Shown here: positions 40,925-49,656 of the stretch, piece by piece
How the letters are laid out: the number at the start of each line of letters is the position of its first letter
Position numbering within the stretch: the stretch's first letter is position 1
Origin: a virus
Lineage: Duplodnaviria; Caudoviricetes
IMG/VR virus record: IMGVR_UViG_3300028833_000071
Length of the DNA: 64,000 bases
Direction: 5' to 3' (one strand)
Position numbers and translations under genes: made by a program
Notes under the pieces: generated by a model
Told to the model about the DNA's origin: nothing
Databases searched by the model: none
The model's input: only the letters and a program-made list of their open reading frames with translations

Positions 40925-41425
40925 TTATTTTCTATTTAAAATTTCAATCGCAAATTTCACGTCAATATCATCAATACCATGCATTGAATTAACATGGACA
41001 AAGTTTAATTTTTGTTCCTCTGTGAAGTCTGTTCTATCATCAATTATTACAAATCTTTCACATTCAGGGTGTTGTGATAACCAATCATCAATTTCAGAGC
41101 CTCTTGAAGTAAATCCTGAAAGTTCATCACAACAAGACATAATCCACATATGTTCAGGCGTTTTATCAATGATAAGGCCTTTATTAATACCACCTTTTTC
41201 AATCCTGTCAATACGATGTGGCCAATTTATTCTCCAATCACTTGAAAGAACTATTTTGGCCCCTGTTTCTTGGCATATCTTATTAATTCTTTCGGCACAT
41301 AATGGGTCAATATCACCTTCTTGGCCATTAAGATTACCTGGATTTCTGTCTGACATAAACCAATCCTCACTATTGATAACCCCATCAATATCAAGAAAGA
41401 TAATCTTAATTTTATTTGTTTCCAT
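40925..41425 (-). CDS. HAD phosphatase of the Swiss-army-knife RNA repair type
   Basis: IFLDIDGVIN, IVLSSDWR, RGSEIDDWL, FVIIDD. Confidence 0.85.
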   Translation of the reverse strand: METNKIKIIFLDIDGVINSEDWFMSDRNPGNLNGQEGDIDPLCAERINKICQETGAKIVLSSDWRINWPHRIDRIEKGGINKGLIIDKTPEHMWIMSCCDELSGFTSRGSEIDDWLSQHPECERFVIIDDRTDFTEEQKLNFVHVNSMHGIDDIDVKFAIEILNRK

Positions 41426-41439
41426 AATTAAAATTATAA

Positions 41440-42522
41440 TTATTTATTAAAATTTCTCAATAAATCTTTTTGTTCATCAGTTAAACTTTTTGGTAATTCA
41501 TAATTGATTACTACAGCGTAATCACCGATATTACCTCTGCCTGTTACATCAGGCATACCTTTACCTTTAAATATAAAGGCTTCACCTGGTTTGGTTAATT
41601 CATGGGCATTTAATGTAATATTAGTTCCATCAACACATTTTATCTCTTTTGTAAAGCCAAGTAATGCTTCGGTAAATGGAACACTTTCATAGTGTATGAC
41701 ATTAAATGGGTCGGGGCGTTCAAAATATCCATCGCCAACAACATTAACATGGATAATTAAGTCACCGTTAATTCCGCCACCTTCACAGGCATTTCCTTTA
41801 CCATCAATTCTAAATGCCATACCATCGACTATGCCTCTTGGTATTTTGATTTCTTCATTTATATATTCACTAATTAATCCCGTGCCACCGCATTCTTTAC
41901 AGGGTGCGACTGAATTATCTTTGCCACTACCATGGCATTTTCTACAAGGGTGTGTAGTGGTGAAAATCTGGTTAGGGCCAAATTGTTTTCTTTCAGTTTC
42001 CATGCCTGTTCCATGACAAACACTACATTTATGGTCTTTACCATCTTCGCTACCATGTCCATTACAATGTGGGCACTTTTTCTCTTTTTGGACCTGTATG
42101 GTCTTTTTGCCGCCCTTATATGCTTCTTCAATAGTTAAAGTAACTTCAGCGTGTGCATCACTTCCTTTTCTTACCTGTTGTTGTCTTCCCCTAAACATAC
42201 TTTTAAATGGATTTCCACCGCCCATACCATTCATTCGCATAAAAATATCCATTGGGTCAAAACCACCGAAATTAAAATCCATACCACCATTATCATATTG
42301 TGCTCTCTTTTGTGGGTCTGACAATACTTCATAAGCCTCTGCTACATCTTTAAATTGGTCCTCAGCCTTTTTTTGTTCACTTTCAGGTTCGTTTACCCAT
42401 CTATCTGGATGTAATTTCAAAGCAAGTGCATGATATTTTTTCTTGCACACGGCATTGAACTTTTCTTCATCAAGTTTCTTTTCCTCTTCGGTTATTCCGA
42501 GTATATTATAATAATCTTTCAT
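41440..42522 (-). CDS. dnaJ: DnaJ chaperone
   Basis: J domain with HPD, G/F region, four CxxCxGxG repeats. Confidence 0.92.
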   Translation of the reverse strand: MKDYYNILGITEEEKKLDEEKFNAVCKKKYHALALKLHPDRWVNEPESEQKKAEDQFKDVAEAYEVLSDPQKRAQYDNGGMDFNFGGFDPMDIFMRMNGMGGGNPFKSMFRGRQQQVRKGSDAHAEVTLTIEEAYKGGKKTIQVQKEKKCPHCNGHGSEDGKDHKCSVCHGTGMETERKQFGPNQIFTTTHPCRKCHGSGKDNSVAPCKECGGTGLISEYINEEIKIPRGIVDGMAFRIDGKGNACEGGGINGDLIIHVNVVGDGYFERPDPFNVIHYESVPFTEALLGFTKEIKCVDGTNITLNAHELTKPGEAFIFKGKGMPDVTGRGNIGDYAVVINYELPKSLTDEQKDLLRNFNK

Positions 42523-42586
42523 GTTTTATTTTAAACCACATTTCTTGTTGAAGATACAAAAAAATTATAAAAAAAACAAAAAAAAG

Positions 42587-42611
42587 GACAATTATATACC
42601 AGTTAACACAA
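42587..42611 (+). repeat. 25-bp dispersed element (copies at 3772-3796 -, 43685-43709 -, 43737-43761 -, 47619-47643 +)
   Basis: Consensus GRSAAYTATATACYnnnTRRCACAA. Confidence 0.8.
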
Positions 42612-42676
42612 ATACACAATTAGTCCTTAAATGTAAAAGTAATTTTTAAAATTGGAATTTGTTTTCAAGTCTCTAA

Positions 42677-42684
42677 CTATTTAT
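42677..42684 (+). promoter_or_regulatory. Putative late promoter CTATTTAT (representative of about 17 sites)
   Basis: + strand: 18317, 42677, 48238, 49634, 58057; - strand: 1134, 3724, 6757, 8395, 8733, 12574, 14268, 26063, 28905, 38442, 39133 (variant at 29830); each about 15-45 nt before a start codon. Confidence 0.75.
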
Positions 42685-42707
42685 TAGAGAGCAAATAAAA
42701 AAGTATA

Positions 42708-43541
42708 ATGAATAAAAACATGGCAAGAAACAACCAAAAACTTATCAACTTCCACACAAGCGGCAATACAGAAGTGCCGTTGGAATCATTGTTCTACGGC
42801 GAAATCGCCGTAAGACACTGTTCAGGCGATTCAGCCGCTGAACTTATTATCAAAAACTCGGAAAACACAAGCGCTGTTTTCGTTGAAACGGCAAAAATGT
42901 GCATCGACTGCGGAACTTGGGACGGCGGAGATTCACACGAATATGTTGACCTTGGATTACCATCTGGCACTCTTTGGGCAACCTGCAATATAGGTGCTAA
43001 CTTACCTGAAGAGTTTGGCTTGTATTTCCAATGGGGTGACACTCAAGGATATACCTCTGCACAGGTAGGTACTGACAAGGTATTTAGTTGGGCTAATTAC
43101 AAATACAGCAGCGCTGGTAGTAGTTCTGTGATGACCAAATACAACTCAAGTGACGGCAAAACTGTTCTTGACCTTGAGGATGATGCTGCTTATGTCAATT
43201 GGGGAGAAAATTGGAGGATGCCCACAGTTGACCAGATAAGTGAATTGATAGATTCAGAGAATACCAGTCATGAATTTACTTCAATGAATAATGTAGAGGG
43301 TATATTGTTTACATCATTGTCCAATGGTAATACGTTGTTTGTCCCTTCTGCTGGTCTCGCTTACGGTACTTCAGTCGATGGCATTGGTGAGGTCGGTGGC
43401 TGTTGGTCTTTACTGAATAGTGAGTATGTCGGCTATGCGCAGGAATTGTATTTCAATTGGATGGAGGATGATGTCTACGTCTACAACTACGAACGGTACT
43501 ACGGGTTCTCTGTGCGTCCTGTGCGTGTTCAGAACCAATAA
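42708..43541 (+). CDS. DGR target protein, Mtd-like receptor-binding protein with CLec fold
   Basis: N-terminal LFYGEIAV...IDCGTW fibre-type motifs; YVDLGLPSGTLWA; variable C-terminus ending GFSVRPV; downstream hairpin. Confidence 0.8.
   Translation: MNKNMARNNQKLINFHTSGNTEVPLESLFYGEIAVRHCSGDSAAELIIKNSENTSAVFVETAKMCIDCGTWDGGDSHEYVDLGLPSGTLWATCNIGANLPEEFGLYFQWGDTQGYTSAQVGTDKVFSWANYKYSSAGSSSVMTKYNSSDGKTVLDLEDDAAYVNWGENWRMPTVDQISELIDSENTSHEFTSMNNVEGILFTSLSNGNTLFVPSAGLAYGTSVDGIGEVGGCWSLLNSEYVGYAQELYFNWMEDDVYVYNYERYYGFSVRPVRVQNQ
43356..43530 (+). repeat. Putative DGR variable region (VR); sister region at 30600-30769
   Basis: Mismatches to the sister copy concentrate at positions 1-2 of NNC/NNT codons. 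Confidence 0.75.
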
Positions 43542-43557
43542 AAACAAACAAAAGAAC

Positions 43558-43603
43558 AACACATCCTGTTCTGTTCCACAAGAACAGGCAAACAGGATGT
43601 GTT
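43558..43603 (+). other. Hairpin/cruciform downstream of the VR (DGR target-recognition element and/or terminator)
   Basis: aacacatcctgtt-ctgttc-cacaa-gaacag-gca-aacaggatgtgtt. Confidence 0.65.
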
Positions 43604-43788
43604 TTTCAAAAAGATAGAATGCTCAGTTTTTTTCACTAAAAATCAAAAAATTAGGCGATTTTCAGGGGAAAACCGCCAAAATTTTTGTGCTAACTAGTAT
43701 ATAATTGCCAAAAAAAGAACGCATTTTATGCGTTCCTTGTGCCATCAGGTATATAGTTCCCTTATTTTAACCATAGTAGCAGTTATGG

Positions 43789-44913
43789 TTAAGTTTTTAT
43801 AATTCTAAACCTATATGATTGACAATATTCATTTAAAGTCGGCCATTCGAGTTTGTCAATCATTTCGTTGAAGACATTTTCAGATATTTGCCCTTTTCTT
43901 CTTTCAATATTAACCAACAAACAGCTTGCCTCAACATAGTAATAAAACCATTCAACATTGTAATTTGAAAGTAATGTTTTATAACTATTACGATATTCCT
44001 TTTTAAGATTAAGATTATCAATGACAATTCTTTTACCTTGTTTAGCTGCTTGAAGAATTTTTTCCTCAAATACTTTTGTGACTTCGTTTTCTTTACCTTT
44101 ACTAAGAACAGTCTTTTCGTCTTTTTTACAATAGCCAAGTTCTTCACGAATTGTGTCACGACTAATAATTATATCAGCCTCATTATTATTGATTAGTTGT
44201 TGTGCTATTGTTGATTTACCTGAACCAGGAAGACCAATCATAACATAAACAGTAATTGTTTTTTTGTTTTGATAGTCAAGATAGTTTTTATAATCATGCA
44301 AATAATCATAAAATGGGAAATAACGACAACACATTTTATCAATAATATTTTCAAGACTTGTCATTTTAATTAAATCAGCATTTTTACCATTCTCATCTTC
44401 AGGCTTAGACCCTAATATATCACATCGCTTAAGAAGCATAAGAACATACATGGATGGTACTTCTCGTGAAATTTCAGCAATTTTCCCGAGCGGGTCTTTA
44501 GAATCAAAGAGTTGAAGGGCCATCATATGGTATTTTACAAGGGCACAAACACCTTCTCTGAAATCACAGTCCTCATCCCAAAGAAGTCGTCTTGTTATCT
44601 TTTCCCCCTCAAATTCATGACCATAAGAATGCCATCTACCATCTTTACCTTGATGTGTAGTTACCGATTTTCCAATATCATGGAAAAGTGCTGAAGTTAA
44701 AAAAAGTTTAGCAAAATAATCTTCCCATATCTGACAAGTACAGATTCGAATGGCTTCCTTACACACTAATTTTACATGTTCCCATGCATTACCTTCTCCG
44801 TGCCATTTAGGACTTTGTTCACACTTTTTTAACTTTTTGAATTCAGGGATTTTCTCGATTTCATCCCATTTATATTCTAAATTTTCAAAATCTATAAGTT
44901 TATCAATCTTCAT
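43789..44913 (-). CDS. HD domain + polynucleotide kinase-like (AAA_33) protein
   Basis: QSPKWHGEGNAWEHV, LFHDIGK, GLPGSGKST, SRDTIR, IDNLNL. Confidence 0.85.
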   Translation of the reverse strand: MKIDKLIDFENLEYKWDEIEKIPEFKKLKKCEQSPKWHGEGNAWEHVKLVCKEAIRICTCQIWEDYFAKLFLTSALFHDIGKSVTTHQGKDGRWHSYGHEFEGEKITRRLLWDEDCDFREGVCALVKYHMMALQLFDSKDPLGKIAEISREVPSMYVLMLLKRCDILGSKPEDENGKNADLIKMTSLENIIDKMCCRYFPFYDYLHDYKNYLDYQNKKTITVYVMIGLPGSGKSTIAQQLINNNEADIIISRDTIREELGYCKKDEKTVLSKGKENEVTKVFEEKILQAAKQGKRIVIDNLNLKKEYRNSYKTLLSNYNVEWFYYYVEASCLLVNIERRKGQISENVFNEMIDKLEWPTLNEYCQSYRFRIIKT

Positions 44914-45352
44914 CGTTATTTTCTATTATTTTCCAATCAAAATTAACATAATCATTTAAAAAATCATTCATTTCTTCATTGGTATTAAAGTGTTTAACAT
45001 ATTGACTCCCATCTAAAAAATGAAATTTACAAAGAGGCCTATTATACCATTTTTGCTCAACAGTATCAAACATTATCGTATTGTTCCAATCATCTATTGC
45101 TTCCTCAATTGAAGAATATACAATATCAGCACAACGCCACCTATCTTCTTTAGCAATAAGTTTATAACCGCTTCTAAAACATTCAAAAAACCGATAAATT
45201 CTATCTTCTTTTGGAAATATACAAAGCAATAAACTGATGCCTACGCTATAGTCTTCACCTTTTTTAATAAGACTTAGACTATTATTCTCTTTCTTGTTAT
45301 AAACATCAATATGTGATAAATTTTTAAAAACTATTTTATCCATTTCACTCAT
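44903..45352 (-). CDS. Hypothetical protein
   Basis: ORF coupled to its neighbours. Confidence 0.5.
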   Translation of the reverse strand: MSEMDKIVFKNLSHIDVYNKKENNSLSLIKKGEDYSVGISLLLCIFPKEDRIYRFFECFRSGYKLIAKEDRWRCADIVYSSIEEAIDDWNNTIMFDTVEQKWYNRPLCKFHFLDGSQYVKHFNTNEEMNDFLNDYVNFDWKIIENNDED

Positions 45353-45737
45353 TCCATTCAATTTTAATTGTATCAATATAGTCGTCATTTGGTACATGGC
45401 TATTAAAAGCCTCTTCATAACTATGAAAAGGTTGTTGGCATCCAATCATTATACCATTGTGATATTTATATAAATTAATCCATGCTTCTTTCTTAATAGG
45501 AGCCATAATCAATTTATAATTTAAATTACCATTCATTGGCTCACCGTCTTCAGTATATGATATTATTTGCTCGTTGTCATTATCTTTACCCTGTACAAAC
45601 ACGACTAACGGATAATTAATACCATTTTTTTCCATCTTTCTATTATGGCAGATAATACGAGCATTATATCCACCAATTGTTTGTATTGAAAAACCTTCAA
45701 GTGTTTTTTCTAAATTAAACATTTTTATCATCTTCAA
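45345..45737 (-). CDS. Hypothetical phage protein
   Basis: FNLEK...ARIIC...YPLV motif seen in Bacteroidales phage hypotheticals. Confidence 0.55.
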   Translation of the reverse strand: MKMIKMFNLEKTLEGFSIQTIGGYNARIICHNRKMEKNGINYPLVVFVQGKDNDNEQIISYTEDGEPMNGNLNYKLIMAPIKKEAWINLYKYHNGIMIGCQQPFHSYEEAFNSHVPNDDYIDTIKIEWNE

Positions 45738-46032
45738 ATATTTTTAATTCTTTTATCCAATATAAATCAACATAATCATAATATAACGCAGAATTCACTG
45801 CATCTTTGTGTTTTTTCTTTTGTAGTTTTTTTAACTCTTCATATGACATATCACCACGCCAATAAGATTGAACCTCTTTAACCAAATCGGAATTTCTTGC
45901 ATATTTGGGCGTTCCATATTTGTTCACAGCCCATTCATGGATGATTTCCTCACATTTTGAACGGTCTTTGAAACAATAATCGTCATAATCTCTATTTCCA
46001 TGCCTTGTTTCAATTACATAAACGGTTTCCAT
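45715..46032 (-). CDS. Hypothetical protein
   Basis: ORF in operon. Confidence 0.55.
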   Translation of the reverse strand: METVYVIETRHGNRDYDDYCFKDRSKCEEIIHEWAVNKYGTPKYARNSDLVKEVQSYWRGDMSYEELKKLQKKKHKDAVNSALYYDYVDLYWIKELKIFEDDKNV

Positions 46033-46220
46033 TACTCTTTAAATTTATAGTTTTTGATTCCCTCTCTTAATTGGTTTGCAGTAGTTTCAATAACACCACT
46101 GCCATAAATAAAACCTTCAAGCCAAATACTACCGAGTGAAATGGCCATTGCGTTTTTTTCCTTCATTGCATTAACGCCAAATTGTACTGCTCTTTCGATT
46201 AAATCTTCTATTGTTTTCAT
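46032..46220 (-). CDS. Hypothetical protein
   Basis: ORF directly behind a sigma54-like motif. Confidence 0.55.
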   Translation of the reverse strand: MKTIEDLIERAVQFGVNAMKEKNAMAISLGSIWLEGFIYGSGVIETTANQLREGIKNYKFKE

Positions 46221-46239
46221 TTTAATTTAAATTATTATC

Positions 46240-46255
46240 ATCAAAAACTATGCCA
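46240..46255 (-). promoter_or_regulatory. sigma54-like -24/-12 promoter
   Basis: TGGCATA-GTTT-TTGAT on the minus strand. Confidence 0.55.
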
Positions 46256-46307
46256 AACATGGTGACTGTAAGGAAAAAAATCACCATGTTCGTACTTTTA
46301 TGTTTGT

Positions 46308-47180
46308 TTAGACGTTTATTTCAGCCGGTATCAAACTAGTTGCAACAGTCCAAAGTTTCTGATTGAAATCAATATCCTTTTTGATTGAGGTTATTTTTCT
46401 TTGTTTACGAGGCTTGTTATTTGAACCAAGGTCTGAATATTCACCTTTAATCATTTTCTCTTGGCATATGTTAAACACAGTCCAAAGGTCATCACTCTTA
46501 TCCTCTTTTCTTTGAGGGTCAAGAATGTTCATAACAGTCTCTTCATCAATTTCAAACTTCTCGTTTTCTTCGACACCTTTTCTAATTTTAACTACCGATT
46601 TAGCAAGTTCAAACTTCTCTTCTTCCGTGAGGATAGTCTTTTTCATCGTGTTCATTTGACATACAATATTCGGTACTTGCTCGATTGCAGTTTTAACAAT
46701 ATCTCTAAGTGCTTCGAAGTCATAATTAATATGTTTAATTGACATATTAACCATTTCCAAATCACTGACAACCAAACCATTAGAACACACAAGTCTGAAA
46801 AGCCCAAGCATAAACTTAAATGAATTAAAACCATCATGGCTATTGGTAAGAATAATTCTTGGCCATGTATCAACGGTTTCATTACCCTCGGAATCTTCTT
46901 TAACAATCTTTACATCGGGGTTTTGAAAGGCAATCATATGGAATGAACGTATTCCTGAAGACTTTCTATTTGTACGGCATTGCTTTGCTTGAACAGGATA
47001 CCATCCAAGTTTTGCAAGGTCATCAACAACAGTTTCTGTATTTGCTTGTACATAACGGCCAGAAACCTTAGGATTAGTTGGCTCTGTCTTAAAAGCGGCA
47101 GGGCAAATTTGTTTGAGTTCTTCTTTCGTGAGGAAATGGTCAGCCAATTCATTGTTGGCAAATCTAAGCATTGTGTCCAT
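46308..47180 (-). CDS. DUF932/DUF945 family protein
   Basis: SGRYVQANT, ILTNSHDG, GLFRLVCSNGL, DLWTVFNICQE. Confidence 0.85.
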   Translation of the reverse strand: MDTMLRFANNELADHFLTKEELKQICPAAFKTEPTNPKVSGRYVQANTETVVDDLAKLGWYPVQAKQCRTNRKSSGIRSFHMIAFQNPDVKIVKEDSEGNETVDTWPRIILTNSHDGFNSFKFMLGLFRLVCSNGLVVSDLEMVNMSIKHINYDFEALRDIVKTAIEQVPNIVCQMNTMKKTILTEEEKFELAKSVVKIRKGVEENEKFEIDEETVMNILDPQRKEDKSDDLWTVFNICQEKMIKGEYSDLGSNNKPRKQRKITSIKKDIDFNQKLWTVATSLIPAEINV

Positions 47181-47228
47181 AATTTAAAGTTTTGAATTAA
47201 TATTAAAATTTAATTTGCATTTCTATTA

Positions 47229-47244
47229 TACAAAAACCGTGCCA
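47229..47244 (-). promoter_or_regulatory. sigma54-like -24/-12 promoter
   Basis: TGGCACG-GTTT-TTGTA on the minus strand, identical to the 32823 site. Confidence 0.65.
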
Positions 47245-47252
47245 AACTTTTA

Positions 47253-47510
47253 TTATTGTATAAAAATTTCTCCATCTTTTTCGATTAAATACCGTTTCAT
47301 GGGGTCTATTTCAAAATTTGGAAACAATTCAGCTATAATATCGTTAGATATTGTTGGTTCAGTTTCATTTATACATTCATACAGAATTAAATCTTCTTTT
47401 CTGTAAACTTCAATAAGACTAACATCAATGTCTTCATTGGCCTCATTGATATCAAGGTCAAGGTCTTCAATCTCTTTAGTGAGTGAATTTAAATTATATT
47501 TTTCTAACAT
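47253..47510 (-). CDS. Small acidic hypothetical protein
   Basis: 85-aa ORF. Confidence 0.5.
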   Translation of the reverse strand: MLEKYNLNSLTKEIEDLDLDINEANEDIDVSLIEVYRKEDLILYECINETEPTISNDIIAELFPNFEIDPMKRYLIEKDGEIFIQ

Positions 47511-47533
47511 ATTAATTTATTTTTACGATAAAC

Positions 47534-47575
47534 GAGCAAGAAAGCCCACCACTTTAGTCGTGGGATGAATTGCTC
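47534..47575 (+). mobile_element. IS200/IS605-type left-end hairpin
   Basis: GAGCAAGAAAGCCCACCACTTTAGTCGTGGGATGAATTGCTC. Confidence 0.65.
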
Positions 47576-47672
47576 TATCCTAAATATACAAATTTTTTAT
47601 TAAATAAATAAAATTTTTGGGAACTATATACCTGATGGCACAAAGTCAGTCTGAACAAGGCTGACTTTTTTA

Positions 47673-48185
47673 TTATTGATTCATAAAATCGTTTGTAAAA
47701 TATGATAAAGCGGATATGGCTCCGCCAACTACGCCTCTATATATCGGATAGAAGCATAATTCTCCCTGTTTATTGTCATACCATAGAATGTGTTTCCTGT
47801 TGTAAGGAAAAGAATGAACAATACAATTAAGAATCGTATTAAGGTGTGATTTGCTTCTTAAAGCATTGTCAAATACCCAAGCTCTTATATGTACACAATC
47901 GGTTTTCATAATACGATTTGTTTCGTCAATTCCTAAGAAATGCTTAGTAGCATTCCTTAATGATTCATAGCATTTGGATGTTACCATGTTAGCGTCATCC
48001 AACACATAATACCCAAGAACAACTATTCCTTCTTCTGATGGGGAATATACGATTATTGCATCATCAGGAATATTTCTGAATGTCTGAACGCATTTTTCGT
48101 AAGTGTTATCATTTAAACGCAGGTTTTCAAATGGAACACACATTATTTCGTTTATAATTGGATTTGGATGTAATTCTACATACAT
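47673..48185 (-). CDS. Hypothetical protein
   Basis: 170-aa ORF ending at a hairpin (about 47642-47671). Confidence 0.6.
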   Translation of the reverse strand: MYVELHPNPIINEIMCVPFENLRLNDNTYEKCVQTFRNIPDDAIIVYSPSEEGIVVLGYYVLDDANMVTSKCYESLRNATKHFLGIDETNRIMKTDCVHIRAWVFDNALRSKSHLNTILNCIVHSFPYNRKHILWYDNKQGELCFYPIYRGVVGGAISALSYFTNDFMNQ

Positions 48186-48261
48186 AATTGTGAGAGTTTA
48201 AATTGACTGCAAAGATATGATTTTTTAAGATATTCGACTATTTATAAAGAAAATATAGTCA

Positions 48262-49401
48262 ATGATTGCAGCGAACATAATAAGTGGCATACTACAACGA
48301 TACAAACAAATATGCGCCAAATACCCGCAATCCCCTTCGTTTATACCCAATACCAATGGTGACTCGTTTTATCTTGTAAGAGAAAGAGATGGGAATCGCC
48401 CTGTTCAAGTTCGTATTTCCAATCATGGCACATATCTTAGCAAATGGTGTGATAGGGAAGAATTGGGGAATAGTGTTGAAAGACTTGACCCTGCATTATG
48501 TGACAACATATCAATTGCTTTTATTGACGATGGTAATGATATAACCAAGGATTGCAAGGGAAGACAAGATTGTGAAGACTGCAATATTCAACCTTGCATA
48601 CCACAAACATTCGATGGACAGAATGAGTTGGGAAAACCGTTTAAAGTTATACAATACACCTATAAAAGCAGTCAAATTTCACCAAGGTATATCAACGGGC
48701 TTACCAAAGCTATTGCAGAAGCAAGTGTAAGCGGAAAGTATAACGACCCGTTGGCTAATCTTGTGAAAGCTGCAAAGAAAAAACCACTTTCATCATCAGA
48801 AAATAACCAAGAAATAAAAGAGAATAAGAATAATAAATACAAGAAAATGAATAAGAAACAAGTAATTAGAATTAATGAAAATCAACTCAAACAGATAATA
48901 ATGGAATCTGTGAAAAATGTTATAAAAGAAACCAAGTTCCAAAGAGGATATTATAACATTACGGATGACATGTCTTTTAGAGACATACAAGACAGAATGC
49001 GCTATTTTGGTATAGAAGGTGGAAGAATGGCAGAACCTAATTATCTACCGAAACAATGGATTAAGAAACGTCTACGCCCTAAGGATACAGAATATGTATA
49101 TAATGTTGAAAATCTAATTGATAAGCCAAATATTGTGTCAGTTCTTGACACTGGTACTGATACTTTTTTTGGTGTTGATAAAGACGGTAATATTTATGGT
49201 AATGGGAATCCTGATGAATGTATTGGTAATTTGAACACTGATAAGATATATGGAACAGGATGTTTTGGTGATTATTGTTGGTTGATAGTGTATAAAGATG
49301 AAAAACAAGCTTTGTTTGATTACAGAGGAATTATATGTTACGGTAAAGTGATTCAATTAGATAACGGAACGTATTTCTTTGCAACTAAGCAGCGCACTTA
49401 A
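48262..49401 (+). CDS. Two-module late protein with internal tag (MNKKQVIRINENQLKQIIMESVKNVIKE); C-terminus probably altered by the IS1595 remnant
   Basis: N-domain with VRISNH motif; tag at 48847; stop codon lies inside the GC-richer IS sequence. Confidence 0.65.
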   Translation: MIAANIISGILQRYKQICAKYPQSPSFIPNTNGDSFYLVRERDGNRPVQVRISNHGTYLSKWCDREELGNSVERLDPALCDNISIAFIDDGNDITKDCKGRQDCEDCNIQPCIPQTFDGQNELGKPFKVIQYTYKSSQISPRYINGLTKAIAEASVSGKYNDPLANLVKAAKKKPLSSSENNQEIKENKNNKYKKMNKKQVIRINENQLKQIIMESVKNVIKETKFQRGYYNITDDMSFRDIQDRMRYFGIEGGRMAEPNYLPKQWIKKRLRPKDTEYVYNVENLIDKPNIVSVLDTGTDTFFGVDKDGNIYGNGNPDECIGNLNTDKIYGTGCFGDYCWLIVYKDEKQALFDYRGIICYGKVIQLDNGTYFFATKQRT

Positions 49402-49606
49402 CGGTTTTCACGTCCTCAAACGTCACCACATTAAGGGCTCGTTCCATAAGGACGGCAAATCTTTCACCACCCTTTAATCCACGGTTGTTGTACCTGAAGA
49501 CGGCTTCGTCAACATAACGCTGCATGTACTTGCGTGAAACGTAGTGGTATGTCCCGTACACCATACGCTTGAACTGTCCCCAAAAGCCTTCAATCGTGGG
49601 AGTATG
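49385..49606 (-). pseudogene. IS1595-family (ISXO2-like) transposase C-terminal fragment
   Basis: Translates as HTPTIEGFWGQFKRMVYGTYHYVSRKYMQRYVDEAVFRYNNR...KCAA*; higher GC than flanks; no start codon. Confidence 0.85.
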
Positions 49607-49656
49607 TCAGAAAAAAAAAGTACAAAGAAACAACTATTTATAATAAAAATTAATAT

